From contig JAFXHG010000027.1 of assembly GCA_017536505.1 (NCBI GenBank), positions 89,286-153,285 of the forward strand: a DNA stretch of 64,000 bases. Reading direction: 5' to 3'. How positions within the stretch are numbered: the stretch's first letter is position 1; each line of letters opens with the position of its first letter. A model generated the notes under the pieces. The model made no database searches, was not told where the DNA came from, and was given only the letters and a program-made list of their open reading frames with translations. Origin of the DNA: Bacilli bacterium (GTDB lineage Bacteria > Bacillota_I > Bacilli_A > RF39 > UBA660). Shown here piece after piece: positions 9,288 through 18,133 of the stretch. The position numbers and the translations under genes are program-made.

Positions 9288-9338
9288 AAAAACCGCCTTT
9301 CATGGTATAATATGTTAGTAGAAAGAAATGGTGATAAT

Positions 9339-10436
9339 ATGGATAAAAGATTAGTTAATCTTAGTAATACTATAGTTAATTACTCAGTAAAAGTACAAGA
9401 GAATGATAGAGTATTAATTCAATATGAAAACATTGAGTGTAAACCGCTTATTAAATGTTTAATAAAAGATATTTATAAAAATAAAGGAATACCATTTGTA
9501 AAGTTAATAGATAACGAACTTGAAACTTTAATAAAAGAAAATGCGAATAGTAAAGTTATTGATGAAATGGTAAAACTGAAAGAATATGAAGTAGATAATT
9601 TTGATTGTTTTATAAGAATATGTTATACAGAAAATGAATTTGAGGATAAAGATGTATCTATTGATATAAGAAAAGAATTAGGAAGTAAATCACAAAAAAT
9701 AGATGATATTAGGATAAATGAAAGAAGATGGGTATTATTAAATTATCCATCACTAGTTGATGCTTATAAAGCTAAAATGAAATATGATGATTTTTATAAT
9801 TATTCAATGGATGTTATGAATGTTGATTATAAAAGTATGAATGAAAAAATAAAACCATTGAAAGATTTAATGGAAAAAACAGACAAGGTAAAAATAGTAG
9901 GGCCAAATACTGATATTGAATTTAGTATTAAAGGAATGAAAGCTATACCTTGTTGTGGAACAGCAAATATTCCAGATGGAGAACTTTATACTGCTCCTAT
10001 AAAAGAAAGTGTTAATGGAGTTATAACTTATAATACACCATCACCATATAGAGGAAATATATTCAATAATATAAGACTAGAATTCAAAGACGGCCAAATT
10101 GTAAACTGCAGTTCTAATGAACATCAAGAAGAGTTAAAAGAAATATTTGATACAGATGAAGGTGCTAGATATATAGGAGAGTTCTCATTAGGATTTAACC
10201 CTATGATAACAAAACCTATGGGTGATATTTTATATGATGAAAAAATAATGGGTAGTCTTCATTTTACTCCAGGAAGATGCTATGAAGATTGTGATAATGG
10301 TAATGTATCTAGTATACATTGGGATTTAGTACTTATACAAACTAAAGAATTTGGTGGAGGAGAAATATATTTTGATGATGTATTAATTCGTAAAGATGGT
10401 AAGTTTGTATTAAATGAATTAAAAGATTTAAATTAG
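9339..10436 (+). CDS. Aminopeptidase, M29 (AmpS/PepS) family
   Basis: NIPDGELYTAP, GEFSLG, YDEK, HWD metal ligands. Confidence 0.92.
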   Translation: MDKRLVNLSNTIVNYSVKVQENDRVLIQYENIECKPLIKCLIKDIYKNKGIPFVKLIDNELETLIKENANSKVIDEMVKLKEYEVDNFDCFIRICYTENEFEDKDVSIDIRKELGSKSQKIDDIRINERRWVLLNYPSLVDAYKAKMKYDDFYNYSMDVMNVDYKSMNEKIKPLKDLMEKTDKVKIVGPNTDIEFSIKGMKAIPCCGTANIPDGELYTAPIKESVNGVITYNTPSPYRGNIFNNIRLEFKDGQIVNCSSNEHQEELKEIFDTDEGARYIGEFSLGFNPMITKPMGDILYDEKIMGSLHFTPGRCYEDCDNGNVSSIHWDLVLIQTKEFGGGEIYFDDVLIRKDGKFVLNELKDLN

Positions 10437-10478
10437 TATACTTAAATAACTAAAACATATATTTAATTAGGTGACTTT

Positions 10479-11318
10479 ATGAAAAAAGCATTTCAAATGA
10501 TAGGCCTAATTAGTTTAACTTGTTTTAGTTTTTTTGTGACAGAACAAACAGTTACTGTTGTAAATGATATGGATGAAATTATGATAGAAATAAAAGCTAA
10601 AAAAAATGAATATAAAACTGATTCTATAGATGCAATAGTAAATGATAATACAATAATACCAGGTGTAAATGCTAAAAAAGTAAATATTAATAAAAGTTAT
10701 AAAAATATGAAGAATAATGGATATTTTAGTGATAAATTATTTATATATGACTATACTAAACCTAAAATTAGTTTAACTGACAATATAGATAAATATATAA
10801 TAAAAGGAAATCCAAGTAAAAGAATGGTTAGTTTGATATTTACTATAGAATTAGATGAAGATATAACAGATATATTAAACATAATAAATAATTATAATGT
10901 AAAAGCAACATTTTTTGTTAATTATAATTGGTTTAGCAATAATAATGGTCTAGTACAAGAATTAATAAATAAAGGGCATATAGTTTCTCCTTTGATAGAG
11001 GATTATAATAGTTCTGATTTTGAATGGATGGATATGGTATTAAAAAAAATAAATAAACAAAGCGTTGGATTTTGTTATAATGTTAATGACAATCAAAGCA
11101 ATTTAGATGCCTGTATATTAAAAAATAATTATACTATTAAACCCATAATTATTTCAGAAAATAAACCGTTAGTGGATATAAAAGAAAAATTGGAACCTGG
11201 TTCACTTTTATCATTGAAAGTAAATTCTCAAGTAAAAAAAGAATTATCTACAATAATAATTCATATAAAATCGAAAGGGTATAATTTAGTTAATTTAAAA
11301 GATAATGTTATAGAATAA
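10479..11318 (+). CDS. YlxY/SwsB-like polysaccharide deacetylase homolog (degenerate)
   Basis: N-terminal anchor; IPGVNAKKVNINKSY and IKGNPSKRMVSL resemble B. subtilis YlxY; KATFF; metal-ligand motifs eroded. Confidence 0.7.
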   Translation: MKKAFQMIGLISLTCFSFFVTEQTVTVVNDMDEIMIEIKAKKNEYKTDSIDAIVNDNTIIPGVNAKKVNINKSYKNMKNNGYFSDKLFIYDYTKPKISLTDNIDKYIIKGNPSKRMVSLIFTIELDEDITDILNIINNYNVKATFFVNYNWFSNNNGLVQELINKGHIVSPLIEDYNSSDFEWMDMVLKKINKQSVGFCYNVNDNQSNLDACILKNNYTIKPIIISENKPLVDIKEKLEPGSLLSLKVNSQVKKELSTIIIHIKSKGYNLVNLKDNVIE

Positions 11319-11321
11319 AAA

Positions 11322-11341
11322 AGAAGTGAATTTTCACTTCT
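11322..11341. terminator. Bidirectional intrinsic terminator
   Basis: AGAAGTGAA-TT-TTCACTTCT flanked by A and T tracts. Confidence 0.75.
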
Positions 11342-12038
11342 ATTTTACTAAAGTACCTATTTTTTCTCCTTTAGCAGCTTTTAATAAGTTGCCTTTTTTA
11401 TTTACATCAAATACAAGTATAGGAATATTATTATCCATACATAAAGATGTAGCAGTTGAATCCATAACATTTAATTTTTTATTCAATACCTCAATATAAG
11501 TTATTTGATCAAATTTAATTGCAGTTTTATCTTTTTTAGGATCTGTGTTATATATACCATCTACATTAGTTGCTTTAAATATTATATCTGCATTAATTTC
11601 TGCAGCTCTAAGTGCAGCTGCTGTATCAGTAGAGAAGTAAGGGTTACCTGTTCCACATCCAAAAATAACAATTCGATTTTTTTCTAGATGCCTTGTAGCT
11701 CTATTTTTTATATAGAATTCAGCAATTTGTCTCATTTCTATACTGGTTTGTACTCTAGATGTAACACCAATTTGAGTAAAACCATCTTGAAGAGCTAAAG
11801 CATTCATTGCAGTACCAAGCATACCAATATGGTCTGCAGTACAACTATCCATATTTTTATGTGTTCTACCTCTCCAAAAATTACCTCCGCCTACCACAAT
11901 AGCGATTTCACAACCAATATCGTAACAAGCTTTGATTTCTTTACATATGTCTAAAACAGAGTTGAAGTCTATCCCTTTTCCATCAGGGCCTGATAAAGTT
12001 TCACCACTTAACTTTATCAATATTCTATTATACATCAT
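11340..12038 (-). CDS. pyrH: Uridylate kinase
   Basis: [36 protein letters not shown]. Confidence 0.97.
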   Translation of the reverse strand: MMYNRILIKLSGETLSGPDGKGIDFNSVLDICKEIKACYDIGCEIAIVVGGGNFWRGRTHKNMDSCTADHIGMLGTAMNALALQDGFTQIGVTSRVQTSIEMRQIAEFYIKNRATRHLEKNRIVIFGCGTGNPYFSTDTAAALRAAEINADIIFKATNVDGIYNTDPKKDKTAIKFDQITYIEVLNKKLNVMDSTATSLCMDNNIPILVFDVNKKGNLLKAAKGEKIGTLVK

Positions 12039-12092
12039 AGATACCTCCCAACTATATTATAACACGTTTCTATAAAAAAATATAAAAAAGTA

Positions 12093-12185
12093 TTGACAAA
12101 TTCACTTGTTATTAATATAATGTTAATAACAGATAAAAAATCTGTCTTCTATATAATTTTTGTTATTAATTATTTATTAAAAAGA
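12093..12185 (+). promoter_or_regulatory. SigA promoter of the NAD operon with two inverted-repeat operators (candidate NrtR sites)
   Basis: TTGACA(12093)-17-TATAAT(12116); TGTTATTAA-N7-TTAATAACA at 12107-12131 and a 7/9 second copy at 12161-12185. Confidence 0.7.
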
Positions 12186-12192
12186 AAGGGAG

Positions 12193-12792
12193 ATGAATAT
12201 GGAACAAATAAAAAATTTAGAAGTATATAAAAAATGTTTAATTGTTGTAGATATGGTTAATGGTTTTGTTAGGGAAGGTGTCCTTCATGATGAAAGAATT
12301 AGTAGAATAATTCCAAAACAAATTGAATTGATAAAAAAGAATCAAGAAGAAAATGAATTAACAATTTTTATTAAAGATACTCATGAAGTGGACGCAGTTG
12401 AATTTAAAAGATTTGGAAATACAAAACATTGTGTTAAGGGGAGTACAGAAGCAGAGTTAGTAGATGAATTAAAAGTATTTGAAAATAAAAATAATACAAT
12501 ATCTATAGAAAAAAATTCTACAAGTTATATGGAATCACCACAATTTAGAGAATTAATTAAAGAACTTAAAAATTTAAAAGAGATTGTAGTAGTTGGATGT
12601 TGTACAGATATATGTGATTTTAATGGAACAATGGCTCTTGCTAATTATTTAGATGAGTGGAATAGAGATGTAACGATTAAAGTATATCAAGATGCAGTTG
12701 CTACTTATTCAGAAGAAGAAAGACAAAAATATGTAGATGCTGCTTATCTATTAATGGAACAACAAGGAATACAATTAATAAAAAGCAAATAA
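12193..12792 (+). CDS. pncA: Nicotinamidase (isochorismatase/cysteine hydrolase family)
   Basis: VDMVNGF, DTH, HC, EKNS, GCCTDIC; first gene of the NAD salvage operon. Confidence 0.85.
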   Translation: MNMEQIKNLEVYKKCLIVVDMVNGFVREGVLHDERISRIIPKQIELIKKNQEENELTIFIKDTHEVDAVEFKRFGNTKHCVKGSTEAELVDELKVFENKNNTISIEKNSTSYMESPQFRELIKELKNLKEIVVVGCCTDICDFNGTMALANYLDEWNRDVTIKVYQDAVATYSEEERQKYVDAAYLLMEQQGIQLIKSK

Positions 12793-12809
12793 AGAAATGA
12801 GGTAATAAT

Positions 12810-14267
12810 ATGAAAAATAAAACAATGATGACTGATTTTTATGAATTAACAATGGCACAAACTTATTTTGATAAAGGTGAACAAAATAAAAAAGTATATT
12901 TTGACATATTCTTTAGAACTAATCCATTCAATGGAGGATATGCAATAATGGGTGGATTAGATAATATAGTAGACTATATTAATAATTTTAAAATAAGTGA
13001 AGAAGATATAAATTATTTAAGAAGTACTGGTAAGTTTAAAGAAGAATTTTTAGAATATTTAAAGAATTTAAAATTTACTGGAGATATATTTGCAATAGAA
13101 GATGGAACGCCTATATTCCCAAATGAACCAGTGCTTACAGTTAAAGCTAATGTAATAGAAGCTCAAATAATTGAAACAGCATTACTTGCTAATTTTAATC
13201 ATGGTACCTTAGTTACAACAGCAGCAAAAAGAATTACAAATGCTGCAGGAGATATTCCTGTTATGGAGTTTGGCGCTAGACGAGCACGTGGTATTGATTC
13301 TGCTGTAGAAGCAAGTAAATATGCATATGTTGGTGGATGTAGTGGAACAAGTAATGTACTTGCAGGAATGGAAAATGATATACCTGTATTAGGTACAATG
13401 GCACATAGTATGATTTGTGATGCAGATAGTGAATATGAAGCTTTCTTAGATTATGCTAAAAGTAATCCAGATAATTGTGTATTTTTAGTTGATACTTTTG
13501 ATACATTAAGAAGTGGAGTACCAAATGCTATAAAAGTCGCTCAAGATTATTTAATTCCAAATGGATATAAATTAAAAGGAATAAGAATAGATAGTGGAGA
13601 TTTAGCTTATCTATCTAAAAAGAGCAGAAGATTATTAGATGAAGCAGGATTTAATGATGCTACAATTTGCTTATCTAATGGTTTAGATGAAAATACTATT
13701 AAGTCTTTAAAAGATCAAGGTGCTTGTATAGATTCTATAGGAGCAGGAGATAATATTGCTGCATCTAAAGAAAGAGTAGGAGGAGTTTATAAATTAGTTG
13801 CCATAGAAAAAGATGGTAAATTAATTCCAAAAATAAAAGTTAGTAATGATGCTATTAAAACAATTAATCCAGGATATAAAAAAGTTTATAGATTTTATGA
13901 TAAGAATACTGGTTATGCACTTGGAGATGTAATCGCACTTGCTGATGAAAAAATACCTGAAGATAAATATACATTAATTTGTCCTACAGAAGAATGGAAA
14001 ACAACAACTATAGAAAATTATGAAGTAAAAGAATTACAAGTACAAATATTTGAAAATGGAAAACAAATTTATGAAGTACCAACTGTTAATCAAAGAAAAG
14101 AATATTGTAATGAGCAATTTAAAACAATATATCCTGAAATAAAAAGAATATCTAATCCACATGGTTACTATGTAGATTTAACTAAAAAATTATTAGAATT
14201 AAAGAAAGAATTGATTTTAGAAAGTAGAAAAATAGAAGTTCCAAAACAATATAGAAAACAAATATAA
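12810..14267 (+). CDS. pncB: Nicotinate phosphoribosyltransferase
   Basis: TDFYELTM, EFGARR, GTMAHS, LVDTFD, IRIDSGD, KVYR. Confidence 0.96.
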   Translation: MKNKTMMTDFYELTMAQTYFDKGEQNKKVYFDIFFRTNPFNGGYAIMGGLDNIVDYINNFKISEEDINYLRSTGKFKEEFLEYLKNLKFTGDIFAIEDGTPIFPNEPVLTVKANVIEAQIIETALLANFNHGTLVTTAAKRITNAAGDIPVMEFGARRARGIDSAVEASKYAYVGGCSGTSNVLAGMENDIPVLGTMAHSMICDADSEYEAFLDYAKSNPDNCVFLVDTFDTLRSGVPNAIKVAQDYLIPNGYKLKGIRIDSGDLAYLSKKSRRLLDEAGFNDATICLSNGLDENTIKSLKDQGACIDSIGAGDNIAASKERVGGVYKLVAIEKDGKLIPKIKVSNDAIKTINPGYKKVYRFYDKNTGYALGDVIALADEKIPEDKYTLICPTEEWKTTTIENYEVKELQVQIFENGKQIYEVPTVNQRKEYCNEQFKTIYPEIKRISNPHGYYVDLTKKLLELKKELILESRKIEVPKQYRKQI

Positions 14268-14302
14268 TATAATATGTTCATTGTAAAGGAAGGGAAGATA
14301 AT

Positions 14303-15061
14303 ATGAAAAAATTTGACGCTAAAATGGAGACAGAAAGAGTAATTGATTTTATAAGAGATTATTATAAAAAAAATAATTTAGGAGGAGTAATTCTAGGTAT
14401 AAGTGGTGGTAAAGATTCAGGTGTAGTTGCAGGACTTTTTACTAAAGCACTTGGAAAAGAAAATGTTATTGGGGTAACATTACCTTGTCATTCAAAAAAT
14501 GAAGATAGAATAGATGCAAAATTAGTTAGTGATTATTATGGAATTGAACTTATTAACTTTGATATTACAAGTATATTTGATGCATTTAAAGATGAACTAA
14601 AAAACTTAGAAGAATTTAATGAAGAACAAACTAAAAATAGTGATATAAATTTAAAACCAAGACTTAGAATGTCTACGTTGTATTATCTTGCTGCTCTTTA
14701 TTCAAATTTAAGAGGAAAAACATATTTAGTAGCTGGAACAAGTAATAAATGTGAATTATTTGTTGGTTATTTTACAAAAGGAGGAGATTCAGTACACGAT
14801 ATTTCAACAATAGCTGATTTTACAGTAGATGAAGTGATTGCTATTGGAAAGTATTTGAATGTTCCAGAAAAAGTATTATATAAAAAACCAAATGATGGAT
14901 TATCTAATCAAACAGATGAAGATAAATTAGGAGTTAAATATAAAGATATTGCATCTTTCATAGATGATCCTAATTCAGTAGATGAAGCTATTGGTGAAAA
15001 AATAAAAAAGCTCCATAATAATAATAAACACAAATTTAATATACCAACTTATAGAAGGTAA
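14303..15061 (+). CDS. nadE: NH3-dependent NAD+ synthetase
   Basis: SGGKDS, NLKPRLRM, GTSNKCE, GYFTKGGD, TDED; no glutaminase domain. Confidence 0.95.
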   Translation: MKKFDAKMETERVIDFIRDYYKKNNLGGVILGISGGKDSGVVAGLFTKALGKENVIGVTLPCHSKNEDRIDAKLVSDYYGIELINFDITSIFDAFKDELKNLEEFNEEQTKNSDINLKPRLRMSTLYYLAALYSNLRGKTYLVAGTSNKCELFVGYFTKGGDSVHDISTIADFTVDEVIAIGKYLNVPEKVLYKKPNDGLSNQTDEDKLGVKYKDIASFIDDPNSVDEAIGEKIKKLHNNNKHKFNIPTYRR

Positions 15062-15070
15062 GGTGATAGC

Positions 15071-15637
15071 ATGAAGATAGGTATCTATGTAGGTAGTTTT
15101 AATCCACCACATAAAGGACATATAAAAATAGTAAATCATTTAATAAGTAAATATTTAGATAAAGTTATAATTATTCCAACTGGTAACTATTGGGATAAGT
15201 TAGATTTAGTTAATATTGATCATAGAATAAATATGTTAAAGTTTTATGAGAATGAAAAAATTATTATAGATACTAAAAATAATCGTATTGAATATACATA
15301 TCAAATATTAAATAATTTAAAACTAGAAAATAAAGAAGATGAATTATATCTAATCTTAGGATCAGATAATATTATCGAGTTTAACAAGTGGAAGAACTAT
15401 GAAGAAATATTAAAATATAATTTAATATTACTTAATAGAAATAATATTGATATATTAGAATATTTAAAAAGGTTAAATAAAAAAGATAAATATGTAATAG
15501 TTAATGATTTACCTAACATAGATATTTCTTCTACATTAATAAGAGATAAAATAAAATATAATAATACTAAATTTATATTAGAATTGATAGATAAAGAAAT
15601 TTATGAATATATAGAAAAAAATAAATTATATAGGTGA
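15071..15637 (+). CDS. nadD: Nicotinate-nucleotide adenylyltransferase
   Basis: GSFNPPHKGH, LILGSD, ISSTLIR. Confidence 0.93.
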   Translation: MKIGIYVGSFNPPHKGHIKIVNHLISKYLDKVIIIPTGNYWDKLDLVNIDHRINMLKFYENEKIIIDTKNNRIEYTYQILNNLKLENKEDELYLILGSDNIIEFNKWKNYEEILKYNLILLNRNNIDILEYLKRLNKKDKYVIVNDLPNIDISSTLIRDKIKYNNTKFILELIDKEIYEYIEKNKLYR

Positions 15638-15640
15638 AAA

Positions 15641-16111
15641 ATGAAAAGAATAGTGGACAAATTAAAAAAACTAAATAAAACAATTAGTACAATGGAATCT
15701 TGTACTGGTGGTGGACTCGTTAACGAAATAACAAATATAGAAGGTGCTAGTGAAATTTTAAAATTTAGTGCGGTTACTTATTCAAATGAATATAAAATAA
15801 AAATGGGTGTTAGTAATGATATTATTGATAAATATAGTGTCTATAGTATTGAAACTGCCATGGAAATGAGCAAAAATATAAGTTATTTTACTAATTCTAA
15901 TTATGGAGTAGGTATTACAGGTAAATTAAATAGAGTAGATATAAATAATTTATATGGTAGTGATAATAAAGTGTTTATAAGTATATATGATAGAGATTTA
16001 GATAAATTTTATAATTATGACATAGAAGTTGATAAACAAAGTAGAGAAGAAAATAAAAAAGTGGTAATTAATTTTATAATAGAAAGATTGATAGAAATAA
16101 TAGGTGAATAA
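15641..16111 (+). CDS. pncC: CinA C-terminal / NMN deamidase family protein
   Basis: ESCTGG, VTYSNEYK, VYSIETAMEM, GITG. Confidence 0.85.
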   Translation: MKRIVDKLKKLNKTISTMESCTGGGLVNEITNIEGASEILKFSAVTYSNEYKIKMGVSNDIIDKYSVYSIETAMEMSKNISYFTNSNYGVGITGKLNRVDINNLYGSDNKVFISIYDRDLDKFYNYDIEVDKQSREENKKVVINFIIERLIEIIGE

Positions 16112-16664
16112 TATGTTAAAAAACTTAGTATTACATTTTAATTTGATTAATAAACATAGATTTAAAGTATTTAAATTATGCATTAAGGCAGGAATCCCTT
16201 TTAGAGGTTTAATACATGATTTATCAAAATATTCTCCCACAGAATTTTTTGAAAGTATTAAATATTATAAAGGAAGTTATAGTCCAATAAGTGCTTGCAA
16301 AAAAGAAAATGGTTATTCTAAAGCTTGGTTACATCATAAAGGTAGAAATAAACATCACCATGAATATTGGTATGATTATTCAGCCCCTAATACAACTGCT
16401 TTAATGCCATATAAATATACAGTTGAAATGATATGTGATACATTAGCAGCTGGAATGACATATCAAGGTAAAAATTGGACTAACGATTATCAATTAAACT
16501 ATTATTTAAAAGATAGAGAAAAAAAACATATTAATCCTATAATAGATGATATATTATTAGAAGTTTATAAGTTAATAAGTCAAAAAGGAATTAATGAAGT
16601 GATTAATTCAAAAACTTTAAAAAGAATATATTATAAACATATAGATAAAAAGGTGATAAAATGA
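16104..16664 (+). CDS. HD-like hypothetical protein (DUF5662-like)
   Basis: H...HDLSK...HHKGRNKHHHEYW...EMICD metal-binding pattern. Confidence 0.7.
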   Translation: MNNMLKNLVLHFNLINKHRFKVFKLCIKAGIPFRGLIHDLSKYSPTEFFESIKYYKGSYSPISACKKENGYSKAWLHHKGRNKHHHEYWYDYSAPNTTALMPYKYTVEMICDTLAAGMTYQGKNWTNDYQLNYYLKDREKKHINPIIDDILLEVYKLISQKGINEVINSKTLKRIYYKHIDKKVIK

Positions 16665-17239
16665 AAAAGATAGTTTTAGCTTCAAATAATAAACATAAAA
16701 TAAAAGAGTTTAAGGAAATCTTGGGTGTAGAAATATTAACTTTAAATGATATAGGGTATTTTGAAGAAATAGAAGAAACAGGTACTACATTTTTAGAAAA
16801 TGCATTAATAAAAGCCAGTACTATAAGTGAGTATTTAAAACAAAAAGGTTTAAATTATGATGTGCTTGCTGATGACAGTGGTATTTGTTGTGAAGCATTA
16901 AATGGAGAGCCTGGAATTTATAGTGCTAGGTATGCAGGAGAACATGGAAATAATAAAGCAAATCGAGATAAACTTATTAGTAATTTAAAAGATAAAGATA
17001 AAACATCGTATTTTATTTGTACAATAGTTTTATATAGCATAGATGGTTCTTATGAATATAAAGAAGGAAGAACATATGGAAAAATAATAGAAGAAGAATT
17101 AGGAGATACTTCTTTTGGATATGACTGCATTTTCTTATCTGATGAGTTGGGTAAAACATTTGGACAAGCTTCAAGTGAGGAAAAAAATAGTGTATCTCAT
17201 AGAGCTAGGGCTTTAAACGAAATAAAGAAAATAATATAG
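16661..17239 (+). CDS. rdgB: Non-canonical purine NTP pyrophosphatase (Ham1/RdgB)
   Basis: ASNNKHK, EETGTTFLENA, DDSG, PGIYSARY, FGYD, SHR. Confidence 0.95.
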   Translation: MKKIVLASNNKHKIKEFKEILGVEILTLNDIGYFEEIEETGTTFLENALIKASTISEYLKQKGLNYDVLADDSGICCEALNGEPGIYSARYAGEHGNNKANRDKLISNLKDKDKTSYFICTIVLYSIDGSYEYKEGRTYGKIIEEELGDTSFGYDCIFLSDELGKTFGQASSEEKNSVSHRARALNEIKKII

Positions 17240-17247
17240 GAGGTATT

Positions 17248-18072
17248 ATGGTAAAACGATATAATACTGAAGAGGAATTTTTAAAAGATTATGATTCATC
17301 AAAATATAAAAAACTATCTATGACTACTGATATATTAATTGTTAGTGTATCAAATGAAGAAGTGGATAATTATAGAAAAACGGACAAAAAGAAAATGAGC
17401 ATATTGCTTGTTAAAAGAGATAATTATCCATTTAAAGATAAATGGTGCTTACCTGGTGGATTTATAGATATTGATGAAGATTTAGATGAGTCACCTAAAA
17501 GAATATTAAAAAAAGAAACTAATGTAGATAATATATATTTAGAACAACTATATACTTTTGGAAGTATTAAAAGAGATCCGCGAATGAGAGTAGTTTCAAC
17601 ATCATATATTGCCTTAATAGATAAAAATAGATTAATTAATAATTTAAGTAATAATGCCTCTTGGTTTGATATAACTTTCTATGAAGAAAAGAATAATATA
17701 GTTGATATAGTTTTAGATAATGGGAATACTACTATTAGTTTTAAACTTGAGAAAGTGCTTAGAGAACAAACTACTGATAGATATTCATTTAAAATTTTAG
17801 AAAATAATTATTTGGCTTTTGACCATCCTTTAGTTATTTTGGCTGGTATAGAAAGATTAAAAAACAAAATAGAGTACACTGATATAGTATTTAATATGAT
17901 GCCAGAATATTTTACCTTAGGAGAATTACAACAAGTTTATGAAGTAATACTTGGTAAAAAATTATTAGATCCTGCTTTTAGAAGAATAATAGCTAACAAA
18001 GTAGTAAAAACTACTAAAATGAAAACAGGTGGAGGACATAGACCGTCATATTTGTTTAAATATAAAAAATAA
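17248..18072 (+). CDS. nrtR: NrtR-type Nudix-related transcriptional regulator
   Basis: LPGGF with degenerate Nudix box (RILKKE), RDPRMR, AFDH, C-terminal winged helix (FTLGELQQVYE...FRR...HRPSYLF). Confidence 0.88.
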   Translation: MVKRYNTEEEFLKDYDSSKYKKLSMTTDILIVSVSNEEVDNYRKTDKKKMSILLVKRDNYPFKDKWCLPGGFIDIDEDLDESPKRILKKETNVDNIYLEQLYTFGSIKRDPRMRVVSTSYIALIDKNRLINNLSNNASWFDITFYEEKNNIVDIVLDNGNTTISFKLEKVLREQTTDRYSFKILENNYLAFDHPLVILAGIERLKNKIEYTDIVFNMMPEYFTLGELQQVYEVILGKKLLDPAFRRIIANKVVKTTKMKTGGGHRPSYLFKYKK

Positions 18073-18133
18073 AAAAATTGTTACTATAAACAATTTTTTT
18101 GTTTTAATTTAATTGTATGATATAATTATCTAG

